Origin: an uncultured bacterium
GTDB taxonomy: Bacteria; Patescibacteriota; Microgenomatia; Levybacterales; UBA12049
Direction of reading: 5' to 3'
DNA length: 64,000 nucleotides
NCBI GenBank assembly: GCA_963826535.1
Contig: CAWGXL010000001.1
Coordinates: forward strand, 14,336-78,335
Position 1 is the first letter of the stretch. The number at the start of each line of letters is the position of its first letter. Made by a program: the position numbers and the translations under genes. The notes below the pieces were generated by a model, which searched no databases, was not told the origin of the DNA, and was given only the letters and a program-made list of their open reading frames with translations. Below, one piece after another: positions 19,310 through 28,825 of this stretch.

Positions 19310-19381
19310 GGGCCGGTAGCTCAGCGGTAGAGCAGGAGCCTTTTAAGCTCTTGGTCACTGGTTCGAATCCAGTCCGGCTCA
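19310..19381 (+). tRNA. tRNA-Lys (anticodon TTT)
   Basis: GGGCCGGTAGCTCAGCGGTAGAGCAGGAGCCTTTTAAGCTCTTGGTCACTGGTTCGAATCCAGTCCGGCTCA; 7-bp acceptor stem, T-loop TTCGAAT, anticodon loop CTTTTAA. Confidence 0.85.
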
Positions 19382-21145
19382 CAATTCAGCATTTTTGACT
19401 TCGAACTTGCCTTGCTGGGCGAATCGTTTCATCATGTCTTGTGGCAAGCGTAAGTCGATTCTAACTTGGTATGGTATTACTTGGTCTTCCTTTTTCCGAC
19501 CCGCTATTTTGTCGTTTTTAGTTGCCTTACGTGTATAAACGTGGATTCTATCGACAATAAGATGAATTAATTCTGACACTTCTTGCCTGTCGGTCATTAA
19601 ACCGTCAAGGAAAGGCTTATACTTCTTTGCAAATAATTTAAGTGTGCGGGTATATATATCTGACAGTTTGCTTTCGCCGATTTGCAATTGTATCGCGCCT
19701 AAATCTGTCTTATATTCGGCTTCCTTTGCCTTTATACCTTCCATTTCTTCGTCATACTCACTGTCGCCAATATCGCCGCGCTTATACATTCGCTTCACAT
19801 TCTGGCGTCGTCGCGGTAGCTCATTAAGTAACTTGGTAATTTCTGACTGTTTTTTCTCCAATAGTCGCTTCTTAACTTTGGTTGATTGAAGGGAATTAAC
19901 ATGGTTATAGACGCTTTCAGGGTCGCTTAGAAGGTTCTTTACAAAGTCAGTTGCAAACTGTTCGATTTCGTCGGCTGGAAATGGTATAGCCTTACAAACA
20001 GTAGAGTATTTTTTAGTATTCTTAGCTCCACATTGGTAATAATAGGCGCGCTTATTACTTTTCTTAATGACTTTACTCGTACCCGTCCAGTTAAGCGGGT
20101 CACGGTCAGAATGGGGGTCGTAGCAAGCATGACATTTTAATAAACCAGATAGTAGGTAAAGGTGATTATCAGCCGTTTTCATACTGTTACGTAAGGCAAT
20201 ATCTTCTTTTATGCGTCTTTGCGCCAGTTCGAAAGTACCCAAATCGACAATATCACCGTGACGGTATGGTGATACTTTCCATAAAGACCTATCTAACCGC
20301 TTACTTCCCTGGTTTTTATTGTAGTGATAAATTCCTAGATACACTTCGTCTTTGACAATATCTCTAACTGTCGAATCACGCCAGAAATACGGGTCATTAA
20401 CTTTTGTCCGCCCAGCTTTCCTTTTTTCGTGTTTAATTGCGGAAGGTAGGGGTGTAAGCACCTTTTTATCTGTAAGGCGGTCGGCTATTTGCTGGGTATT
20501 TCTTTTTTCAACTACAAACATTTCAAATATACTACGTACAATATCGGCTTCTGGCGGGAAAATTTGCAGTCGCTTATCCTTGTCTTTTACGTATCCATAA
20601 GGCGCGCTTGCGCCCATATAGACCCCACGTTCGATAGCTTGTTCCTTACCAGCTTGTGTTCTTGCTTTGGTTGTTTCCCTTTCTAGCTCGGCTATTACAC
20701 CGATTATCCCTAGCATGGCTTTACCGAATGGCGTAGAAGTATCTATGCTCTCATTGGCTGAAATGAACTGAATATCGTGCGCTTCAAAATAGTCGATTAC
20801 TTCTAGCAAGATTTTTAATTTACGGGCGAATCTGTCGATACGATAAACGGCTACAATGTCAAAAGGTTTTACGCCAACTGGCGCGTTTTCAATATCTTCC
20901 TTCATTAGTACAAAACCAGGCCGTTCTTCTAGCGGTGTAGTGCCACTAATCCCTTCGTCTTTGTAAATGTATTGTTCGCCAGCTAGAACCATAGCGGGTG
21001 AACCGTCGTCTAGTTTACCTTTTGAATTAACTACTGCTTCAACGGCCGCCTTTTGTAAGGGTATGCCATATTTTTCTATCTGGTCGTCGGTAGATACACG
21101 AAGATAAACGGCGGCTCGAAGTGGTGCAGTCTGTTGTTTATTCAT
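19379..21145 (-). CDS. Large serine recombinase (integrase); stop codon overlaps the tRNA-Lys 3-prime end
   Basis: N-terminal resolvase catalytic domain (AAVYLRVSTDDQ, ...DRFAR), recombinase domain, zinc-ribbon Cys cluster (CHACYD...YYYQCGAKN); 588 aa. Confidence 0.85.
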   Translation of the reverse strand: MNKQQTAPLRAAVYLRVSTDDQIEKYGIPLQKAAVEAVVNSKGKLDDGSPAMVLAGEQYIYKDEGISGTTPLEERPGFVLMKEDIENAPVGVKPFDIVAVYRIDRFARKLKILLEVIDYFEAHDIQFISANESIDTSTPFGKAMLGIIGVIAELERETTKARTQAGKEQAIERGVYMGASAPYGYVKDKDKRLQIFPPEADIVRSIFEMFVVEKRNTQQIADRLTDKKVLTPLPSAIKHEKRKAGRTKVNDPYFWRDSTVRDIVKDEVYLGIYHYNKNQGSKRLDRSLWKVSPYRHGDIVDLGTFELAQRRIKEDIALRNSMKTADNHLYLLSGLLKCHACYDPHSDRDPLNWTGTSKVIKKSNKRAYYYQCGAKNTKKYSTVCKAIPFPADEIEQFATDFVKNLLSDPESVYNHVNSLQSTKVKKRLLEKKQSEITKLLNELPRRRQNVKRMYKRGDIGDSEYDEEMEGIKAKEAEYKTDLGAIQLQIGESKLSDIYTRTLKLFAKKYKPFLDGLMTDRQEVSELIHLIVDRIHVYTRKATKNDKIAGRKKEDQVIPYQVRIDLRLPQDMMKRFAQQGKFEVKNAEL

Positions 21146-21536
21146 TGTCGTTATTAGTTCCTGGAATGCTATCTCTATTCAATTGCTTGTCATTTGCACG
21201 AATACCAGTAGCCAATTTATGAAGTAGTTGTTTGTCTTCGCTTTCAGACGACCGTACTATGACGCCTAGCTTCTGTACGCCTGTTTTTTGCTTGAAGTCG
21301 ATTGAAAGCCCATTAAGTACTAGAATATCTAGCAAAACCCCACCTAGTGCTTCTAAATCTTCGTCTTTGTATGGTTCTTCCATATCCTGAAATCGACTAG
21401 ATTTGTAAATTTTGTAAGGTAAACCCCAAAAATACATACACCCATTACGCTCTACTAGAACCTTCATTAAATCGTCGGGCATAAATATGTCGTCTGCAAA
21501 TTCGGGAAGCTCGTATTTCTTATTTTTTTTCTTCAT
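21138..21536 (-). CDS. Hypothetical protein, start-overlapping/co-transcribed with integrase
   Basis: ORF overlaps integrase start by 8 nt; no recognised motifs. Confidence 0.35.
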   Translation of the reverse strand: MKKKNKKYELPEFADDIFMPDDLMKVLVERNGCMYFWGLPYKIYKSSRFQDMEEPYKDEDLEALGGVLLDILVLNGLSIDFKQKTGVQKLGVIVRSSESEDKQLLHKLATGIRANDKQLNRDSIPGTNNDNE

Positions 21537-21562
21537 AGATACTTACACATTATAGCTAAAAA

Positions 21563-21766
21563 ATGTATAATTTAGTACAAGTTATGATTGGTAAAACAAA
21601 GCTATTACGAATTAGAGAAGCGGCCGAACTACTAGGTGTTAACCCCCAAACATTAAGGCGTTGGGATAACGAAGGTCGCCTAAAAGCTGTCCGAATAGGG
21701 AAACGGCAAGACAGACGATACAAGATAGAAGACCTTCAAAAGATTATTGACAGCCAAAACAATTAA
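21563..21766 (+). CDS. MerR-superfamily HTH DNA-binding protein (excisionase-like)
   Basis: LRIREAAELLGVNPQTLRRWDNEGRL matches excisionase/MerR HTH; 67 aa; divergent from integrase. Confidence 0.6.
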   Translation: MYNLVQVMIGKTKLLRIREAAELLGVNPQTLRRWDNEGRLKAVRIGKRQDRRYKIEDLQKIIDSQNN

Positions 21767-21768
21767 TT

Positions 21769-22563
21769 ATGAATAATATCGCTTCAAATAGTGCTGTCTT
21801 ATTAATTACCAGTATTCCTTCGTCCATAGGAAATTTGTTACAAGATAATACCTTCCAAATAGTATTGTCCGCTTTTCTGGGGGGATTCTTTGCAGCCTTA
21901 TTTTCCAATTACTTTGAATCACGAAGAAGGATGAATCAGCTACGGCGTGACAAATATTTCGAGCATAGAAATACAGTAGTGCAAATCGAACACGAATTAA
22001 TTCCCGTTAGAGTAAATATGTCAAGAAATATCGCGTCTGTTGAAGATGCTCTGCAAAATACAAATGACAATAATATTCGAATAATACTGCGCTTTTATAA
22101 CGTTTCAATAAGTACTGGACTTAGTCTAAAACTTCTAAATTTAGACCTTATTAACGAATACGCCGAAGCATATTCAATGGTGGAATCGCTTAATTCGGAC
22201 TTTCAATACACAAATGGTGTAGTAAACCAAATTATTGAAGACCACAAGCAAGGCAAAATCGATTTTAGCAAGATAGGTGTTTATTTAGAAATGCTTAATT
22301 ACTTAAAATTGCAGTGTGATTTGGTAGATAAAAAGACATTAAATCTATTAACTATGTGTAAGGTAGCAATTAGAGAATCAGAAAAAAAGAAGTTATCGAC
22401 ATATCTTCAAGAAGGTAAGCTTATTAACTATGATTTTGACAAAAAGACTTTAAGTTCAGAGTCAAAAAAAGTTGAAAAAGAAGAAAAGCGCGATGTTAAA
22501 AATGGAATGCCTAGACCGAAATTTGTAGCTTTATACCTAGATTTTAGACGTCAACCAATTTGA
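21769..22563 (+). CDS. Hypothetical membrane-anchored protein (gene 1 of overlapping 3-gene operon)
   Basis: One N-terminal TM (IVLSAFLGGFFAALFSNYF), then predicted helical/coiled region; Lys/Glu-rich tail. Confidence 0.4.
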   Translation: MNNIASNSAVLLITSIPSSIGNLLQDNTFQIVLSAFLGGFFAALFSNYFESRRRMNQLRRDKYFEHRNTVVQIEHELIPVRVNMSRNIASVEDALQNTNDNNIRIILRFYNVSISTGLSLKLLNLDLINEYAEAYSMVESLNSDFQYTNGVVNQIIEDHKQGKIDFSKIGVYLEMLNYLKLQCDLVDKKTLNLLTMCKVAIRESEKKKLSTYLQEGKLINYDFDKKTLSSESKKVEKEEKRDVKNGMPRPKFVALYLDFRRQPI

Positions 22564-23432
22564 TTCAGGCCAAAATGAAACAATATAATTTTTATCGCAA
22601 TAAATCTACCCATATAAGGGATTTTATTTCAAAGTCGCCTTTACTTTCGGCTCATTTTGACGAACCTTACTTTTCTCATATAGCGGCACAAGTAGATTTT
22701 ATGGAAGAAAAAGGCTGGAATGGCCCGATAAATTCCTTCTTCCTTTTCTTTATGGACGATTCTGATAATGGATTCGGACAAACAAAGCGGCTGGAAAAAT
22801 ACCTAAAACTAATAATCGAACATTCAACCACGACAAATGCCGATAGAAGCCATATTAAAGGTCAGATTAAAACAGATAATTCAGTAGATACTTTGTTTGA
22901 AATTAGCATATTAGGAAACTTGCTAAATCAGTTACCACCAGGAGATATTGAACTATTCCCCACTACAGTAGGAAAAAAAGACGTCGAAGCCAGAATTAAA
23001 TTAGATAGTAGGTGGATATACCTAGACGCGACTACACTAAACGATTCCGAAGGGGAAACAAAAGAACTAACAGACTTGCTAAATAAAGGCGGTGGTGTGG
23101 GTAAGGGTATGTGGGTGGATTTTCAAAGGGATACGGATAGATTTATAAAGAAAATGGAATACAAAAGTCCCCAGTTTATGCCAAATACCCCTAATGTTTT
23201 AGTAATATCTATATTTGGTACACGACCATTATTTATTCACGATGAATGGAGTGCAAAATCAGCTACAATCGTGCCTAACATTAGTTTACTTATGGAATTT
23301 GACCGAAAAGACTTAAAGACGACTACTACCGAAAACTGTGACGATAGTTGTCCTTTAAGCGACGTCGAAGTTATGCGTCTAAAAGAACTATTTAGCGGTT
23401 CTGACTACGTACCTTTAGTCTTTGGTTTATAA
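22560..23432 (+). CDS. Hypothetical soluble protein (gene 2 of operon; TTG start overlapping upstream stop)
   Basis: 290-aa ORF, 4-nt overlap with the upstream gene; no recognisable family. Confidence 0.4.
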   Translation: MIQAKMKQYNFYRNKSTHIRDFISKSPLLSAHFDEPYFSHIAAQVDFMEEKGWNGPINSFFLFFMDDSDNGFGQTKRLEKYLKLIIEHSTTTNADRSHIKGQIKTDNSVDTLFEISILGNLLNQLPPGDIELFPTTVGKKDVEARIKLDSRWIYLDATTLNDSEGETKELTDLLNKGGGVGKGMWVDFQRDTDRFIKKMEYKSPQFMPNTPNVLVISIFGTRPLFIHDEWSAKSATIVPNISLLMEFDRKDLKTTTTENCDDSCPLSDVEVMRLKELFSGSDYVPLVFGL

Positions 23433-23931
23433 CAATATGAATTTGCCTTTTACACCTACATTTTTTAAGAAGCTAGATATTTACCAGCAACTTGTTGATT
23501 ATGAAAAAGCTGTCGATATTAAGCCTATCTGGAAGGCCGAAAAAGTAGTTTTGTTTTGGGCTATCGGTCGAGGCCACCAGCACATAGGTTCATATATTAG
23601 CACTGGCAATGTTAAAGACGCGCTTGAAATGGAAGTTAAAGAAAATGGAAAGCTCGGCGAAAGTGCTGTTGCCTACGCGGTACATATTCAGCAAGTGCTA
23701 GACGCACTTGTCGTTCGAGGTCTAGCAGAAGCACACCATGCGAATAGTAGCGTTAGGATTAACCAGAATGGATTTATTGCAGGCAAAATTTTAGAAGAAA
23801 CGGATTTTTTAAGTAGAACTTTCAAATACAGAGTGTGGACGTGGCTATGGTGGGGCTTGCTAATAATGGCGACTATTATTTTAGTAAACCAGACTATAAA
23901 TGCACTGCTAGGGATTTTTAATATAAGTTAG
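23422..23931 (+). CDS. Hypothetical protein with C-terminal TM helix (gene 3 of operon)
   Basis: 11-nt overlap with gene 2; C-terminal hydrophobic segment VWTWLWWGLLIMATIILV. Confidence 0.4.
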   Translation: MVYNNMNLPFTPTFFKKLDIYQQLVDYEKAVDIKPIWKAEKVVLFWAIGRGHQHIGSYISTGNVKDALEMEVKENGKLGESAVAYAVHIQQVLDALVVRGLAEAHHANSSVRINQNGFIAGKILEETDFLSRTFKYRVWTWLWWGLLIMATIILVNQTINALLGIFNIS

Positions 23932-24404
23932 GCAATCGGCGACCAGTTTTGAATGTTACTCATTAGCTTTTTACATTCTTCCCGTAATACGCCACCCTTA
24001 ACTTCTATTGTTCCACCACCGATTGGCGTCATATTTTTAGCGTGTTCTTCTGCGTGGTAGTTTGATATTTCGTATGGATTGCCTTCAACGTCTTCTTTGT
24101 ATGCGCCGAATATAATTCGTGATAATCCAGTCCAGCCAGCACAGCCTAGACACATAGAACATGATTCGAGGGTCGAATAAAGGGTACAGCCAGACAAGTC
24201 TAAAGAATTTAGCTTTTGACAAGCCGCTTTCATACATTCTGTTTCGCCGTGTGCGGAAGGGTCTTTTTTCGGCCAAACTAAACTCCACCCAGTAGCAATA
24301 ACTTCACCGTCTTTAACCATAACCGCGCCAATTGGCGCACCGCCAGCCGCTACTGATTTTTTAGCTTCTTCAATTGCCAGTTTTATAAAATGTTCGTCAG
24401 TCAT
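23928..24404 (-). CDS. Nucleoside/cytosine deaminase (CDA fold, zinc-binding)
   Basis: HGETECM (H-x-E) and SCSMCLGCAG (C-x-x-C) zinc-ligand motifs, yeast-cytosine-deaminase/guanine-deaminase-like length (158 aa). Confidence 0.7.
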   Translation of the reverse strand: MTDEHFIKLAIEEAKKSVAAGGAPIGAVMVKDGEVIATGWSLVWPKKDPSAHGETECMKAACQKLNSLDLSGCTLYSTLESCSMCLGCAGWTGLSRIIFGAYKEDVEGNPYEISNYHAEEHAKNMTPIGGGTIEVKGGVLREECKKLMSNIQNWSPIA

Positions 24405-25345
24405 ATTAAATTTATTGGTTTACCGTTTACGTAACTTTCTGTGTTGGCTGTTACCATTTCCGCTAAGTTTTCAAAAGATTCCTTTGTGTACCATGCGCCA
24501 TGTGGCGTAATAACTGTATTTTCTAGGGTTAGTAAGGGATTTGATTTATTCCATTCTGCAAGGGTATCTAAGCCAGCCCCAGCGATTACACCGTCTTTTA
24601 GAGCATTGTAGAGGGCTTGCGTGTCGACTATCTTACCGCGTGCCGTGTTGACTAGTACCGCGTGCTTTTTCATTGTTTTAAGCTGGTTTGTTCCTATCAT
24701 GCCTTCGGATTCACTATTAAGTGGGGTATGAAGTGACACAACGTCGCTATCTCTAAGTAATTTATCTAAACTAACCATTTCAATGTTCGGGATTGTTTTT
24801 GTCGAACGATTGAAGGCTATAACTCGCATTCCGATACCGTTACCGATTTCAGCTACACGTCTTCCGATACTTCCTAGACCTATGACACCCAGGGTTTTAC
24901 CTTGTAAATTAAATCCTAAAAGGGGTAACTGGGATTTGTCGGCGGGGTCAATTTCGTAAGGTTTTTCTCGAACCTTTTTATCCATTTGTACCAGGTTGCG
25001 AACTACTGCAAACATTAAAGCTATGGCATGTTCCGCTACCGCTTCGGAAGAATAACCAGGGATATTTGATATTAAAATCCCTTTTTCCCTTGCGGCTTCT
25101 AGGTCTACTAAGTCGAATCCTATTGAATTTATGGATATGTATTTAAGATTTTTAGCAGAAGACAGAACCTTTTTATTAAGCGGGGAAACAAAACAATCTG
25201 CAATGGCTAATTCTACGTCGCTTAGTCGGTCAATCGCTTTTTCTTCTGTGTCAGTGTCGTTATAAATAGCTACTTCACCGAGCTTTTTAAGTCGTTCGAT
25301 ATGTCTATCTTTAAGAAAACATTCATTTAGTACTGCAATTTTCAT
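24401..25345 (-). CDS. D-isomer-specific 2-hydroxyacid dehydrogenase (NAD-binding)
   Basis: GVIGLGSIGRRVA Rossmann motif, catalytic His/Glu/Arg context (ITPHGAWYT); 4-nt overlap with the deaminase. Confidence 0.8.
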   Translation of the reverse strand: MKIAVLNECFLKDRHIERLKKLGEVAIYNDTDTEEKAIDRLSDVELAIADCFVSPLNKKVLSSAKNLKYISINSIGFDLVDLEAAREKGILISNIPGYSSEAVAEHAIALMFAVVRNLVQMDKKVREKPYEIDPADKSQLPLLGFNLQGKTLGVIGLGSIGRRVAEIGNGIGMRVIAFNRSTKTIPNIEMVSLDKLLRDSDVVSLHTPLNSESEGMIGTNQLKTMKKHAVLVNTARGKIVDTQALYNALKDGVIAGAGLDTLAEWNKSNPLLTLENTVITPHGAWYTKESFENLAEMVTANTESYVNGKPINLI

Positions 25346-25407
25346 AATTTTATTTCAGGCAATATGTTTACTCTATATTCTACCAAAGTATAACCCAGGT
25401 GTCGCTA

Positions 25408-26028
25408 TTATGATTGTGCTTTTCTAGCTTCTTGTTCCTTACTTTTAACATAATCGTAATGTCGGTTAAGAATTTCCTCTAATAATCTAGCTTCTTCTTC
25501 ATTTTGTGGCGCACCGAGCTGGCTTGAACCCTTTTCGTTTGCCTCGGCTTCTTCCCGTTTTTCAAAATATCGACTTTTATCTAGCCACCACATAGCTACT
25601 TTAACGTTTGGCTGGATTGCATTAAGAAGAATGTAGGTAGGTTCTTTAGTAATCGGGTGAATATATTCATAATAGCCAGGGTTGCGCCCTACCATAGCCC
25701 AGTACAGGACTTCTAAGGCTACTATTTCTACGTTTGCTTTCGCTAGGCTAGCTACCCGCCGAAATTCTTCTGACTTCGCCATGTATTTCTGTCGTGTATT
25801 TTCAGGTATTTGCGCCCATTCAGAGGCATATTTATAGCTTGCACCCATAGACAAATAGAATAGAAAATTATGAAGTTTTTCGGCGGTTAGTTCTATTTTT
25901 CTACCACGGCCTTTAAGGTCTTCCGCTTCGGACAATTCCTTAACAATTTTTCGATAAACACCGTCGGTAACGTGCTGTTTAATAAAGTCGTTATCGTGGT
26001 TTTTAGTTTTAATCAGTTTGTTATTCAT
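25408..26028 (-). CDS. Hypothetical protein (possible phage small-terminase/DNA-binding-like)
   Basis: Helical, acidic C-terminus; weak impression only. Confidence 0.3.
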   Translation of the reverse strand: MNNKLIKTKNHDNDFIKQHVTDGVYRKIVKELSEAEDLKGRGRKIELTAEKLHNFLFYLSMGASYKYASEWAQIPENTRQKYMAKSEEFRRVASLAKANVEIVALEVLYWAMVGRNPGYYEYIHPITKEPTYILLNAIQPNVKVAMWWLDKSRYFEKREEAEANEKGSSQLGAPQNEEEARLLEEILNRHYDYVKSKEQEARKAQS

Positions 26029-26146
26029 ATTTAGGCTGAGATGTACTTGTCGCCAGGTGAAAACAAGTTACCACTGGTCGCATAGTGGAGGATTTTAATA
26101 TCTATGTCGTCGTAGTAAAATTGAAGCGGAAGGATTTCTTGACGCT

Positions 26147-27688
26147 TTAGTTCCATGTCAGAAATGCTGTCCCACCCAATAGGGTAGAGGTGTTTTTTTC
26201 ATCTTTTACAGCCTTGTATCCGAGGCCAATTTCACTGGTTCGAAATTCTTTTCCATCCCAAACAACGCCCTGAGGAAAAATCGAACCGCAAATAGCAACT
26301 CTCCCCTCCGGTGAAGCGTCAAGCCATGCTCTGTCTAGGTGTGATAAATAATAAACAATAAATTCAAGAATTGTGTCTATGTCAACCTCCATCATTTTCT
26401 TTTCCGCAAGTAATCCTTTTTTGGTTACAATTTCCGAATCATACTCATTTTTCATTTCTAAATATTCTGCGTCTGAATAAATCCCTTCTACGTTTTTTTG
26501 TCTGGCTATTTTCTTAGCGGCTTCAAATTCTTCTATGTCCTGCTCAACAATTTTTCTGGTACGGATACTTTCATCATATTGAGTATGGTATTTCTCCTTT
26601 ATAAACTCTACATACCATTTGAGCCAATCCTCATCATAGTTGATTGTCTTTAAATACTCGCCAAATTTTTCTTCAAGCGTATCTCTGTTGTAGGAGTATA
26701 TTTTGTGAAGTCCGCGAGACTGGCAATAATAAAGCGGCACTTTCTGGGATCGTCCCTGAGACCATGAGGAGGTCATAGGCCGCCCGCAATCTTTACACCT
26801 GAGTATTTTTCTAAGTTTAAAATCTTCCCGCAGTGAATTGTAATGACTGCTCTTTGGCTTTCTCCCTGCGAGAATGTCTCTTACTCTGTAAAATAAAATG
26901 TCATCAATCATAGGCTCATGCTTGCCTTGTGTTTCTCCGTATTTTTTAGATACAAGAATACCCATATAAAACTTGTTTGAAAATATTTGCGTCAAGGCTT
27001 TTGAGGTAAACTTTTTGAAAAGCCTATTGTTTTTTGATTTGACCTTATATTTATTGAGATAATTTGCTACATCGTTAAGCGACCAGCCCTCAAAACCAAC
27101 CTTCTTCCACATTACCTGCATAACTGTAAATGTCTCAATGTCTTTTATTGCCATTGATTTTCCATTTACTTTTACCATTAAATAGCCGAATGGCGGCTTA
27201 CTGGTAATATATCCTTCAAAAAACCGCCTCCTTAGTGAATTTGCTACATTTTGCGCTCTTGTCTCATTTTCTAATTGATTGATTGCCGCGAATACTGTTT
27301 CGAGGAATGTATCAACCGGCTTTTTGCCCGTTGGTTCTGAATAGGAGAGAAGATCAACTCCCGCTCTTGAGAGGAGGCCGCGAATTGCTAGGTGATTTTC
27401 TGTATTGCGGTTAAGCCGGGACAAGGAATAAACAAATATTGCCGAGATATTATTTTTCTTATTCAGGCAATAAGCAAGCATTTGTTGAAGTTCAGGCCGT
27501 TTGGTGGTTGTAGCTGATAACCCTTCTTCTCGATAGACTTTTATAACCTCATATCCAAGTTGCTCTGCCCGTTTTCTACAAAGCTCCTCTTGAGAATCAA
27601 GGCTGTACCCGTCAACCTGCTTTTCAGAACTTACGCGGGTATACAGTACACAGCTTTTTTTCATCTCATCTTTGCCTACAGTATTCAT
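26147..27688 (-). CDS. Large serine recombinase (second copy)
   Basis: CVLYTRVSSEKQVDGYSLDSQ catalytic block, recombinase domain, Cys cluster (CKDCGRP...YYCQSRG). Confidence 0.8.
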   Translation of the reverse strand: MNTVGKDEMKKSCVLYTRVSSEKQVDGYSLDSQEELCRKRAEQLGYEVIKVYREEGLSATTTKRPELQQMLAYCLNKKNNISAIFVYSLSRLNRNTENHLAIRGLLSRAGVDLLSYSEPTGKKPVDTFLETVFAAINQLENETRAQNVANSLRRRFFEGYITSKPPFGYLMVKVNGKSMAIKDIETFTVMQVMWKKVGFEGWSLNDVANYLNKYKVKSKNNRLFKKFTSKALTQIFSNKFYMGILVSKKYGETQGKHEPMIDDILFYRVRDILAGRKPKSSHYNSLREDFKLRKILRCKDCGRPMTSSWSQGRSQKVPLYYCQSRGLHKIYSYNRDTLEEKFGEYLKTINYDEDWLKWYVEFIKEKYHTQYDESIRTRKIVEQDIEEFEAAKKIARQKNVEGIYSDAEYLEMKNEYDSEIVTKKGLLAEKKMMEVDIDTILEFIVYYLSHLDRAWLDASPEGRVAICGSIFPQGVVWDGKEFRTSEIGLGYKAVKDEKNTSTLLGGTAFLTWN

Positions 27689-27885
27689 AGTTTCCTCATG
27701 ATTGTCAAGTTTTCATTATTTTTGCAGCGAGTTCGTTTCAGACTTATTCTTTTTTGCCTCCCGCGCTCTAGTGCAAAAAGCACATCCAGTGTTTTATCTG
27801 TCCGGCTAATAAGTTCAAGCACTTCATCATCTTTTAGACGGCTTATTTTAGAGCCTAGAATTTGTCTTGTTTTTTCAATGGTCAT
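27685..27885 (-). CDS. Small hypothetical protein overlapping recombinase start
   Basis: ORF only. Confidence 0.2.
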   Translation of the reverse strand: MTIEKTRQILGSKISRLKDDEVLELISRTDKTLDVLFALERGRQKRISLKRTRCKNNENLTIMRKL

Positions 27886-28450
27886 ATTTTACGCCTCCAG
27901 CATGGTTTTGTTTTCTTCTTCTTTTTTTTCGAAATTTAATTAGATGGGTAAAATAAGCGGCAGGATTCTTAATAGTTTCTTGACCGGATTGGTGGAGTTC
28001 ACTCATTTGTCTGATTACACGATTGATAGCTCTTGGATTCCAATTTTGTGCTATGTATAGCCAATGCCCGTCTTTACTTTTGTAATCTACAAACAATTGC
28101 TCTAATAACTTGGAGATTTTTATTGGCGGCGTTTTATAATTGTATGCTTCCAGTTCCGTGATTACTTTGTGTTTATTTTTTGATAGCTCGGAGTTTACAA
28201 CTTGTTTACGAGCACCATTACCATTCCCATTAACATGAACGCTCACATTTGTCGTTAAAGAGTTATCTTCGGATGAATGGTTAAGAGGGAACGATGCTAA
28301 GTGTTCGTTTTCTGATTCTGCAAGCGACTCACAGGCTAAAAGCTGATCATAAACGTCAAAAAGCTTATTCTCAAGATCGGATTCGGCATTATAGACATGC
28401 TTAATCCTGCGTATTACTTCTTCTTTCGGTAAATTATATGGGTATTCCAT
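27875..28450 (-). CDS. Hypothetical protein
   Basis: ORF with basic C-terminal tail (KFRKKRRRKQNHAGG); no confident family. Confidence 0.3.
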   Translation of the reverse strand: MEYPYNLPKEEVIRRIKHVYNAESDLENKLFDVYDQLLACESLAESENEHLASFPLNHSSEDNSLTTNVSVHVNGNGNGARKQVVNSELSKNKHKVITELEAYNYKTPPIKISKLLEQLFVDYKSKDGHWLYIAQNWNPRAINRVIRQMSELHQSGQETIKNPAAYFTHLIKFRKKRRRKQNHAGGVKYDH

Positions 28451-28467
28451 TTTTAAGGAGCAGATTT

Positions 28468-28740
28468 CTAAATCGCCTTCTTTTGTTTTATTTCAAAAAT
28501 AATATCTCTGAAAGTTTCTAGGGCATCTAGGAGGTCTTTTGGTTGCACAAGAGGAGCTGTACGGCTTATAAAAGCATTAACAAGCTGTTGTGCATCCGAT
28601 AACGGGGAAAATTGAAAATAGAGAACCGTGCCCTCCAATCTCGTACCTACAAATTTGATTGACTGCTGGGTCAGTAGAAAAGGAATGATGTGCTTATCGC
28701 GGGTTTCAAATAATACATCTGTTTTCGTTTTATCCTTCAT
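28468..28740 (-). CDS. Hypothetical small protein
   Basis: ORF only. Confidence 0.25.
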   Translation of the reverse strand: MKDKTKTDVLFETRDKHIIPFLLTQQSIKFVGTRLEGTVLYFQFSPLSDAQQLVNAFISRTAPLVQPKDLLDALETFRDIIFEIKQKKAI

Positions 28741-28825
28741 GTTAAAAGGATACTAATTGATGAAAAAGAGTAAGCACAAATGAAGAAATGCATTAATTTG
28801 AGGCTGAAAAATTGTTTAAAAAGGA

